From NCBI GenBank assembly GCA_039683575.1, contig JBDKRC010000116.1, forward strand, positions 1 to 27,813: a stretch of DNA of 27,813 nt. The letters run 5' to 3'. Positions 17,108-25,142 of this stretch are shown one piece after another. The notes under the pieces are model-generated. The model worked only from the letters and a program-made list of their open reading frames with translations, was not told the origin of the DNA and did not search any database. Both the position numbers and the translations under genes were made by a program. Position 1 is the first letter of the stretch; every line of letters starts with the position of its first letter. The DNA is from Armatimonadia bacterium. Its GTDB lineage: Bacteria > Armatimonadota > Zipacnadia > Zipacnadales > UBA11051.

Positions 17108-19873
17108 ATGGTGAAGCAATGGCGCATCTTGATAGTGCTCATCGGTATGGTAGTCGTAACCTCTGCTGTGGCAAAGCCTTTCCAGGGTCCGTTTGTGCTC
17201 AACGACGGCCTCACCTTTTACCTGGTCAACCCCACCGGCGCCAGCTTTGATCTCAGTCTGAAATATACCAATCCATGGCGGAAAGACGCGGACCGCCCGA
17301 TGCTCATCCGCGTTTTCGATCCGGATGAGCAGCCGTGCCTGAGGTTTGAGGCCGAAGGGCAGAAGACCGAGAAGCCGGGGGAGGAAGAGCTAAAGACCCG
17401 GATTGAAGGCTCCGGGCCGGGGATATACCAGATTGTCATGCATGGTGGCATGGCTGCGCCGTGGGCGCAGACCAGCGTCTCGTTGAAGACTGAGCCAGAG
17501 ATGGAATTCGGGGTCTTCGGGCACCTGCAGTGGCTCACGGGGCTCAAGGACCAGTTTGCAGACAGTTACGTCTACCTGCCGCCCGGGCTGAAGAAGCTGC
17601 CGGTCGAGGCAGCGGACACTCTGGACAAACTGGCCCTACTGGACGAAGCAGGGCGGACGAAGCTGGAACTGGGCGAGGGAAAGATGAAGGGCGAGGTCGA
17701 TCTGCCCCGCGGTCAGGCGGACCCGACCGGCGGAGAGCATGTGTGGCGGCTGCAGGCGACGGGGCCGTACTACCGTCTGGACTTCAAGGGGTACCCGATC
17801 ATCCTGTGCCCCAGCGAAGCGGCGGCACGCGCCATCAAGGCTTCAGTGGACGTAATGCCGGACGGGACCATCTGCTTCCACAAGCACCAGGTGGCGGCGT
17901 GGAAGCTCCTGCAGCAGTACAAGCAGCGTCCCGCGGCGGACTATGCGGTCAAAGTGGTGCCGCTGGAGCAGGTGGCGGACAAGCTCATGAAGGAGCCCAA
18001 CCGCAACCAACTGCTGTTTGGGTCCTACGGGGTCATGGCCAGCCTGCCGGCGGTTCTGGCCGAGCAGAACCTCGATCGGAAGAGCCCGTGGTTCGGGTCC
18101 ATCTGGCGGTGGAAAGACGACCAAGGCAAGCCCCGGGCCGGCAACCCGCTGGCAGACTACGACCGCGCGGGCGAGGAAGCATATGCGGCGCTGAATAAGG
18201 ATTTGGCGGCGCTGTACTGGATGAAGGCGGACTTCAACCCATACTACCACAGCCCGCAGCTACTCAACCGAATCATCGTGGGGGCCCTGCTGGACCAGAT
18301 GGTGATGCGGGAGGGCGAGTTCTGCAATGTCAGCAACACCTACTACTGGGGCATCCACGCCTTCACGCTGGAGCACTCGCAGAGCGGGGCATTCTCCCTG
18401 GTGTGGCGGGATACCCCGGAGGAGGTGAGGAGAGTGTGGCAGGCCGGGCAGCAGAAGCTTACTGACCGGTTCCTGTATGGGACAGTGGGAGGGTGCACCA
18501 ACCAGTGGACGATCCTCCTGTCGGGGTTGTGGCGGTACTATGAGGGCTCTGGAGACGAGGCATACAAGAAGGCGATACTGCGAAACGCGCATTGGCTGAC
18601 GAGCGGAGTGTATGGTACGGGACAGCGCCCTGCCGGGTACATGACTGAGGCGTTGGGGCCGGATGCGACGTACAACGGCATCACCGGGCATTCGCTGTCG
18701 GAGCTCTACCATCACAGTGGGGATGCCGAGATACTGCAGGCCGAGCGGAAGTCGTACAACCTCTTCAACCACACGATTGCCCCGGAGCCGAATGGGACTT
18801 GGCTGGGCAGCAGCGGGTACTGTCACCGGACACCGGGGGACTGGGTTAGCCCGCAGTATGGCGCCGGGCTGGGGCCAATGTCGGACAAGCTGCCGGAGGC
18901 AGGATTGCGCTATCCGGGGCATGGAACCTGGGCCTACGCGGAGCCGTTCACTGATGAGACTGGCCGCAAAGAGGCCGAAGAGCAGCTTGCCAGGGTTATG
19001 AAGTACTATGGGGCGGACTGGCTGGCGCTGGAGCCGGCAAACTACGGGCGGGCGAGCGGGGCCTTCGACATCAGCTTCGCGAACTGGCGGATCTTTGAGA
19101 ACAGGTACCTGCCCGGAAAGCTGCCGTGTGTGGCCGAGGAGCGGTTTGCGCGCAATTTCGGGGACGAATTCATGTGCGTACGCCGGCCGAAGTACTATGC
19201 CTTCCTATTTGCGGGAGTGGATTACCAGCAGTGGCAGGTGGGGAGCAGGCCGCATGATTACACGGAGCAGTACCCGCACAATGACGGGCTCTGCATGTTC
19301 TGGTCGCCGGAGTTCGGATCGTCGCTGCTGACGAAGAACTGGGGCGCGGCGCGAGCGAATACGCTGTTGGTGAAGGTGGGGGAAGGCAAGGTGCTGTGGC
19401 CGTGGTACCTGGATGTGAAGAGCAAGCTGGACACAGAAGAGGGCACGGCGACACTGACGGGGACGATCCATGACACGCCGCTGAGCTATGAGCGGGCGTA
19501 CAGGTTCGTGGACGAGGGGGTGGAGTGCACGCTGACGGTGAAGGCCGCGGCGGATTTCCGGTGTGAGAGCATGGCGGAGTGCCTCCCGTACCCGCTGGAG
19601 GACATCAAGCCGGGGATGAAGGTGACACTGGCAGGGGCTGACGGCAAGGAAGTGGCGTCAGGAAGCGCTGCGCGTGAGATACGGTTCAGGAATGCGGAGG
19701 GGAAAGGGCATACGGTGGCGCTGGCGGAGGCGCGAGCGGTAGAACTGGGCCACGAGGGGAGCGTGGACCACTACGGCGGCAAGCACGTGTACGGGCGAGC
19801 GCTGGTGCAGTTGCCACGGGAGTGGAAAGCGGGGGAGGCGGTTGTGGTGAGGTATTTGGTGAGGCCGGAGTAA
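17108..19873 (+). CDS. Large secreted hypothetical protein, possibly an alpha/alpha-toroid carbohydrate-active enzyme
   Basis: 921-aa ORF with signal peptide KQWRILIVLIGMVVVTSAVA. Helical repeats LWRYYEGSGDEAYKK and LSELYHHSGDAEIL are followed by a beta-rich C-terminus. Confidence 0.7.
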   Translation: MVKQWRILIVLIGMVVVTSAVAKPFQGPFVLNDGLTFYLVNPTGASFDLSLKYTNPWRKDADRPMLIRVFDPDEQPCLRFEAEGQKTEKPGEEELKTRIEGSGPGIYQIVMHGGMAAPWAQTSVSLKTEPEMEFGVFGHLQWLTGLKDQFADSYVYLPPGLKKLPVEAADTLDKLALLDEAGRTKLELGEGKMKGEVDLPRGQADPTGGEHVWRLQATGPYYRLDFKGYPIILCPSEAAARAIKASVDVMPDGTICFHKHQVAAWKLLQQYKQRPAADYAVKVVPLEQVADKLMKEPNRNQLLFGSYGVMASLPAVLAEQNLDRKSPWFGSIWRWKDDQGKPRAGNPLADYDRAGEEAYAALNKDLAALYWMKADFNPYYHSPQLLNRIIVGALLDQMVMREGEFCNVSNTYYWGIHAFTLEHSQSGAFSLVWRDTPEEVRRVWQAGQQKLTDRFLYGTVGGCTNQWTILLSGLWRYYEGSGDEAYKKAILRNAHWLTSGVYGTGQRPAGYMTEALGPDATYNGITGHSLSELYHHSGDAEILQAERKSYNLFNHTIAPEPNGTWLGSSGYCHRTPGDWVSPQYGAGLGPMSDKLPEAGLRYPGHGTWAYAEPFTDETGRKEAEEQLARVMKYYGADWLALEPANYGRASGAFDISFANWRIFENRYLPGKLPCVAEERFARNFGDEFMCVRRPKYYAFLFAGVDYQQWQVGSRPHDYTEQYPHNDGLCMFWSPEFGSSLLTKNWGAARANTLLVKVGEGKVLWPWYLDVKSKLDTEEGTATLTGTIHDTPLSYERAYRFVDEGVECTLTVKAAADFRCESMAECLPYPLEDIKPGMKVTLAGADGKEVASGSAAREIRFRNAEGKGHTVALAEARAVELGHEGSVDHYGGKHVYGRALVQLPREWKAGEAVVVRYLVRPE

Positions 19874-19931
19874 CGGCGAAGGCGGAAAACGGAAAACAGA
19901 AAACGGTCAGAGGCGGCGGGCGGTGCAGAGC

Positions 19932-20041
19932 GTTGTCATTCTGAGCGAAGCGAAGAATCCCCCGGCGGGGGGGGAGAGATCCTTCGTCGTAAACGGTGCT
20001 CCTCAGGATGACAAGAGGGAACGGCGCTCCTTAGGATGACA
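19932..20041. repeat. Palindromic REP-like element (TGTCATTCTGAGCGAAGCGAAGAATC family) with a duplicated right arm
   Basis: Left arm 19934-19959 can pair with GATCCTTCG...CTCAGGATGACA (to 20013). AACGGYGCTCCTYAGGATGACA occurs twice (19992-20013 and 20020-20041). Confidence 0.75.
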
Positions 20042-20111
20042 CGCGTGTTGGGTGCGACATGCGTGTTGGGTGCGACACGATAGTCTGGAACACAGGCCAC
20101 GGAGTGTGTTT

Positions 20112-20873
20112 ATGCGGAAGATTGTTGATGCTTACCGGTCCTGGAAATATGGAGTCAGCCATGCGCGGGGCTTGGGGGGGAAGCTGCGGGCTACCCTCTA
20201 TTGGGCGGCTGAGAAGTCGCTGCGGTACCTGCCGCCACGGATGTACTGGGACGTTCTGGCGCGGATTGATCCGTATCAGACAGTGGGGTTGACCTCATTG
20301 CCCGAGGAGTTATACCAGGACGAGAATGAGATCGTGGACGAACTCCTGCGGTTGGGAGTGCTGGGCCCGGAGGCGGTGACGCTGCAGATTGGCGCTGGCG
20401 TTGGGCGAGTTGAGTGGGCAATTGCACCCCATGTAAAGAAGTGCTATGGTATAGATGTGTCCAGGGTATTGCCGCGGGTCGCCAATCGCAACCTGGCGCA
20501 CTTCGGTAACGCGGAGTTTCGCACAGGTGACGGTAAGACGCTGGGGATCTTCGAAGACGCGATGTTCGATGTCATCTACTCGACCATCGCGTTCCAGCAT
20601 ATGCCCAAGGATGTTTTCAAGTCATACCTGCGGGAGACTGTGCGGACACTCAAGCCGGGGGGAACGCTGTACTTCATGATCCCGGCGACGGCGAACCATG
20701 AGGATGTTGTGGCCGACAAGCACGATGCACACACGATGAGACGTTACACGCCGGCGGAATTGCGGGAGCTCATTGCGGAGACGGGGGGATTGCGGCTGGT
20801 GGAGATACAGGGCGAAGAGCGAGTGGGGACGGCTCCGGAGATCGAGGTCTGGGTGCTGGCGACACGGGGGTAA
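20112..20873 (+). CDS. Class I SAM-dependent methyltransferase
   Basis: Motif I LQIGAGVGR, YGIDVS, FDVIYSTIAFQHMP, RTLKPGG; ATG 20112 follows GGAG at 20101. Confidence 0.85.
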   Translation: MRKIVDAYRSWKYGVSHARGLGGKLRATLYWAAEKSLRYLPPRMYWDVLARIDPYQTVGLTSLPEELYQDENEIVDELLRLGVLGPEAVTLQIGAGVGRVEWAIAPHVKKCYGIDVSRVLPRVANRNLAHFGNAEFRTGDGKTLGIFEDAMFDVIYSTIAFQHMPKDVFKSYLRETVRTLKPGGTLYFMIPATANHEDVVADKHDAHTMRRYTPAELRELIAETGGLRLVEIQGEERVGTAPEIEVWVLATRG

Positions 20874-20906
20874 GCGGCGCGCGGGCCTCTTCCATGAGGT
20901 CGGACG

Positions 20907-21833
20907 ATGGCGCAACCGCGGGTCGAAAAGCTTGTTGGGGTGGTGACCGTAAACTGGAACGGCGCAGCAGACACACTGGGGTGTCTGGCGTCGTTGCGTG
21001 AGAGCGAGTACGCGGCACTTGAGGTGGTGGTGTGTGACAACGCGTCAACTGATGACTCGGTGGCGCGGATTGAGGCGGAGTACCCGGAAGTGACCGTGGT
21101 ACAGGCGGGGGCGAATTTGGGGTGGTGCGGAGGGGTGAACCGGGGGGCGCAGGTGGCTCTTGGGCGTGGCTGTGAATACCTCCTTATCCTCAACAACGAC
21201 ACGGTCTTGCCGCCGGACTTGATCGGGGAAATGGTGGCGGCGATCGAGAACGGGGATCGGGTGGGGCTGGTTACGGCGCGGGAGAGGCTGTATCACAACC
21301 CGCAGCGGGGGGACAGGCTGGGGGCGCGGTTCCGGCCCCTGGTGTGCATGGTGGAGTGGCTGTTTGCGGACGAGGAAAATCGCGAGGCCCTGCCGCCGGT
21401 GCTGAAAATGGACTGTGTGTCATGCTGCGCGGCGATGGCGAGCCGGGAAGTGGTGGAGAAGGTGGGGCTGCTTGACGAGGCGTTTTTCGTGTACTGGGAA
21501 GACGTTGACTGGTCGCTGCGGGTGCGGGCGGCGGGGTACCAGAACCTGTGCCTGACTGATACGATGGTTGTGCACAAGAGCGGCGCCAGCATGGAAGATG
21601 GGGCGGGACTGAGCCTGCCGCAGCTTTACTATGTGTGCAGGGGACAGGCGATGACGGCGCGGAAGCACGCACGGGGGCTGGGGAGAGTGCTGGCGCCGGC
21701 GAGGCTGCTTGGGGCCGCTGGGCTGACGGCGATGAAGGGGCTGGTGAGGCCGGGGTACCGCAAAGAGATGAGGACGAAGTTGAGAGCCTTCCGCGATGGG
21801 TGGTTCCTGCGGGAGGCGCAGCCGCCGCGATAG
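20907..21833 (+). CDS. Glycosyltransferase family 2
   Basis: VTVNWNG, CLASL, VCDNASTDDS, NLGWCGGVN, LILNND, VGLLDEAFFVYWEDVDWSLR. Confidence 0.9.
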   Translation: MAQPRVEKLVGVVTVNWNGAADTLGCLASLRESEYAALEVVVCDNASTDDSVARIEAEYPEVTVVQAGANLGWCGGVNRGAQVALGRGCEYLLILNNDTVLPPDLIGEMVAAIENGDRVGLVTARERLYHNPQRGDRLGARFRPLVCMVEWLFADEENREALPPVLKMDCVSCCAAMASREVVEKVGLLDEAFFVYWEDVDWSLRVRAAGYQNLCLTDTMVVHKSGASMEDGAGLSLPQLYYVCRGQAMTARKHARGLGRVLAPARLLGAAGLTAMKGLVRPGYRKEMRTKLRAFRDGWFLREAQPPR

Positions 21834-21873
21834 TCGCCAACGCGCGGTCGGCAGCAGGTTCGGAGGCCACAGC

Positions 21874-23901
21874 ATGGCAGGCGTCTTCGCACTCGCGGGT
21901 CGAGACAACATCACCCGCGAGGAGCATTTTGGGGTGAAGGGCTTCAAGCTCACGGCGAGCGTGCCGTACGGTGATGTGCTGGCGGTGAAGGGGCTGTGGG
22001 CGCCGCCTTACGCGAGTTCGGACTTCGTGCTCGAAGTGCGCCTAGCGGGCGAGCGGGTGCCGACGGATGAGTATTCGTGGGACGGAAATTCGTGCGAGCG
22101 ACAAGGGCGACTCGGGGAGCTTGAGGTCAGCAGTTCGTTTGTGGTGCCGATGGAGGGGCGGGCAGCGGCGCTGGAAGTGACGGTGACGAACGCGGGGGCG
22201 CAGGCGGTTACCGTGCCGGTGCAGATAGTCATCCGGGGAGCGGTTGATGAGGTGAGCTTCTGGGAGTTCTCGGGGCCGGGATGCTCGGAGCGGGAGACCC
22301 CGTGGGCAGAGCGGGCGCTGGCGTGGCAGAGCGAGGCGGAGATGGTGGTGAAGCGCAAGGAAGGGCGGGCACTGGCGGTTGCGACGGACCTGCCGATGGC
22401 GCGGTGGAAAACGCTTTGCGGGCATTGGGAGGGGACGCTGACCCTGGAGGCGGGGGAGATGCGGAGGGGCGAAGTCGTGGTGGCGATGGGGCCCGAGGCT
22501 GTTGAAGAGGCAGAGGCACTGCTGGCGGCGGGAGCAGGCGGCGTGCAGAAGGCGCGTGAGGAGTGGCGGAGCGCGGTGGCCGAGGTGTTTGAGCGGGTGC
22601 CGGGGCTCGAGGCAAGCGACGAGCGTCTGGAGATGTTCTACAACCGGTCGCTCGTTGGGTTGCTGCTGAACCAATGGCGGGTGCCGGAGTTCGTGACGCA
22701 GCCGTACTACTCGACCGGCGGCATCAACGGCGGGTGCGTGTGCTGCTATCTATGGGACTTCGGCGAGCCGTGGGAGATCATGCCGCTGTACGATCCGGAA
22801 GCAGTGCGGACGCATGTGCGGCAGTTCCTGTCGGTGGACCTCACGCGGCATTTCGCGTGGGTGCCGACGACGGGAGAGGCGTTCGGGCCGTGGTATCCGG
22901 TGAACCAGGAGAAGATCATCTTCCTGGTCTACAATTATGTGCTTGCCACGGGGGACACCGACTTCCTGGCGGAAGAGGTGGCGGGGAAGACCGCGCTGGA
23001 GTGGATGCTGTACCACGCGACCTACCGGGACAATCAGGAACTGCCGGTGGCGCTGATTGACTACGGACGTGGGAATAACCACCTCGAGTTGCGGGGCACC
23101 TACCGCTATGACAATTATCTGCCCGACCTGAACGCGCGGCGGTATGGCAACATGCTGGCGGCGTACGAGCTTTCGAAGCTGGGCGGAAAGCCGGCGGAGC
23201 AACTGCCGCAGAGGGCGCAGGAGCTCAAGGCGCTGATAAAGCGGACGATGTGGGACGGGGAGAAACAGTGGTTCTGGAACCTGGGGGACAATTTCGAAAA
23301 ACAGACCAGCTTCAATGTGCAGATGTTCAAGCCCATCGGCAGCGGGGTGCTGGATGAGGAGGAGTTGGAGGGGCTGCTGAGCCACTTGAACGACGGAGAG
23401 TTTCTGTCGGCTTGGGGGCTGCACAGCATGTCAAAGCTGGACCCGGCGTATGACCAGGTTGACATCGACAACGGCGGGGGCGGGAACTATACGGCGTTCA
23501 CGCCGCAGATCATCGAGCGGCTGTACAAAGTCAGGCGGGCGGAACTGGCGGAGGATATTCTGCAGAGAATCCTGTGGTGGGGGGCGCGCATGCCGTACTG
23601 GGGCGATTCGATTGTGGCCAACCAGGTGGAGTACCGGCAAGACACCCCGCTGCAGAACACGATCGGCGCGCTGGCCGGGGCGCAGGCGATCATCTTTGGG
23701 ATGTTCGGGGTGCAGGTGAGCGCGGAGGGGGCAGTGACCGTTGACCCGCAGCCGCCGTCCTTCTCGCCGCGGCTGAAACTGACCGGGCTGCGGCTGCGCG
23801 GGCGGTGCCTGGACATCGAGGTGGGGGAGAGCGGGTATACGGTCTGGGTGGATGGAAAGGTGAGGAAGGGCGAGTTGGGGACGGCAATGGTGGTGGGTTA
23901 G
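21874..23901 (+). CDS. Putative six-hairpin (alpha/alpha)6 glycosidase (GH63/MGH1-like or amylo-alpha-1,6-glucosidase-like)
   Basis: YLWDF, ATGDTDFL, DLNA, LIKRTMWDGEKQWF, EFLSAWGLHSMSKLDPAYD, then a C-terminal beta domain (IIFGMFGV...LRLRGRCLDI). ATG 21874 follows GGAGG at 21862-21866. Confidence 0.65.
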   Translation: MAGVFALAGRDNITREEHFGVKGFKLTASVPYGDVLAVKGLWAPPYASSDFVLEVRLAGERVPTDEYSWDGNSCERQGRLGELEVSSSFVVPMEGRAAALEVTVTNAGAQAVTVPVQIVIRGAVDEVSFWEFSGPGCSERETPWAERALAWQSEAEMVVKRKEGRALAVATDLPMARWKTLCGHWEGTLTLEAGEMRRGEVVVAMGPEAVEEAEALLAAGAGGVQKAREEWRSAVAEVFERVPGLEASDERLEMFYNRSLVGLLLNQWRVPEFVTQPYYSTGGINGGCVCCYLWDFGEPWEIMPLYDPEAVRTHVRQFLSVDLTRHFAWVPTTGEAFGPWYPVNQEKIIFLVYNYVLATGDTDFLAEEVAGKTALEWMLYHATYRDNQELPVALIDYGRGNNHLELRGTYRYDNYLPDLNARRYGNMLAAYELSKLGGKPAEQLPQRAQELKALIKRTMWDGEKQWFWNLGDNFEKQTSFNVQMFKPIGSGVLDEEELEGLLSHLNDGEFLSAWGLHSMSKLDPAYDQVDIDNGGGGNYTAFTPQIIERLYKVRRAELAEDILQRILWWGARMPYWGDSIVANQVEYRQDTPLQNTIGALAGAQAIIFGMFGVQVSAEGAVTVDPQPPSFSPRLKLTGLRLRGRCLDIEVGESGYTVWVDGKVRKGELGTAMVVG

Positions 23902-23949
23902 GAGGGGTGTGGGAAGGGGGAGCTTAGGAGCTTGAGACAGGGAGAAGAC

Positions 23950-23985
23950 AGACGCCCCGCGTGGTTAGCGCGGGGCGTCTTTTTT
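23950..23985 (+). terminator. Rho-independent terminator between convergent genes
   Basis: 12-bp perfect stem AGACGCCCCGCG / CGCGGGGCGTCT with a 7-nt loop, followed by TTTTT. Confidence 0.85.
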
Positions 23986-24006
23986 GCGTTTTGAGAAAGT
24001 CTCAAA

Positions 24007-25098
24007 CTAGGCGGGGTTGGGGCCGCCACGCTCGTTCTGTTCGGCCAGCAGGCGCGCCCGGAGGGCGTGCCACTGGTCGTCGGTGAAGGTGTTCGGGAAG
24101 TGGATGCGGCGGTTTTCGTAGATGGACTGCTGGGCGCCGATGAGGGCGTTGAAGCCGGCCTTGCCAACCTCGAAGCGGTTGAGGTGGAGCTTCTTGCCGT
24201 CGAGGTGGTCGGCGACGGCGGCGGTGAAGTCACGCTGGCCCTTCCAGCCCTGGTTGTCCCAACTGCTCTCGCCATGAAGGGGCGTGGCCATGCCGTCGTT
24301 CTGATACCAGTAGCCAGCATTTTGCGTCAGGTACAGGCGGCCCTTGGAGCCGAGGAAGTCGAAGTGCAGGTGCATCCAGAAGCTGGTTTCGCCGGGGCCG
24401 GGGGTGCCCAGGCAGTCGCGGCTGCAGTCGAACATGACCCGGATGTCATTCGGGAACCAGTACTCGGCGAACAGGTGCTCGGGGGACTTGTGGGTGTCGC
24501 GGTAGTCGGGCTTGCCCTCGGTGGGCTCCCAGATTTCGTAGCCCATTGCCCAGACGGACTCGGGCTGGGCCTCGCCGAGGAAGAGCAGCAGCAGGTCCAT
24601 CATGTGCGGGCCCATGGACATGGAATTGCCCTTGGTGGAGGCGCGGACGAAGTAGACGTCGCCGAGCTTGTTTTGCACGATGTCGCGGATGACGCCGTCG
24701 CGGAACTGCGGAAAGTAGCGGCGCTGGGTGTTGACGATGATCTCCATGCCGGTGCGCTTGTTGACTTCATCGAGACCGATGATGTCGGAAGGCAGGACGG
24801 CCATGGGCTTTTCGATGATGGCAGCCTTGACGCCGAAGCTGGCGGCGAGGTTGGCCTCCCAGGTGCGGTGGGCGGGATGGGTGACGAAGTGGACGACGTC
24901 GGGGCGGATCTTGTCGAGGGCCTCTTCGGCATCGGTGAAGCCCTGGGGGATGCCGTAGTCCTTCTGGAAGAGCTCGACGCGCTCGGGCCTGAGGTCGCAG
25001 CAGGCGACGAGGTCCATGTTGGGGATGTCACGGTAGACGGCGGCATGTTCGGTGGCGCGGGCGCCGCAGCCGATGAGTAGGGTGCGGTAATTAGCCAT
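24007..25098 (-). CDS. Gfo/Idh/MocA family NAD(P)-dependent oxidoreductase
   Basis: Rossmann LIGCGARATEH, LVACCD, PDVVHFVT, the EKP motif (IIEKPMA), QRRYFP and HMMDL. Confidence 0.88.
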   Translation of the reverse strand: MANYRTLLIGCGARATEHAAVYRDIPNMDLVACCDLRPERVELFQKDYGIPQGFTDAEEALDKIRPDVVHFVTHPAHRTWEANLAASFGVKAAIIEKPMAVLPSDIIGLDEVNKRTGMEIIVNTQRRYFPQFRDGVIRDIVQNKLGDVYFVRASTKGNSMSMGPHMMDLLLLFLGEAQPESVWAMGYEIWEPTEGKPDYRDTHKSPEHLFAEYWFPNDIRVMFDCSRDCLGTPGPGETSFWMHLHFDFLGSKGRLYLTQNAGYWYQNDGMATPLHGESSWDNQGWKGQRDFTAAVADHLDGKKLHLNRFEVGKAGFNALIGAQQSIYENRRIHFPNTFTDDQWHALRARLLAEQNERGGPNPA

Positions 25099-25142
25099 GT
25101 TCAGTCTCCAGTTAGCAGTAGTCAGTTTACAGTTGTTCGTTT

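Noticed and set aside
19882-19906. Short 7-mer repeats (CGGAAAA/CAGAAAA)
   Set aside because: Only about three imperfect copies of low complexity; no function can be supported.
23950-23985. CCCCGCG...CGCGGGG hairpin resembling a type I-E repeat stem
   Set aside because: The 12-bp stem plus T-tract between convergent genes is better explained as a terminator, and it has no handle sequence.
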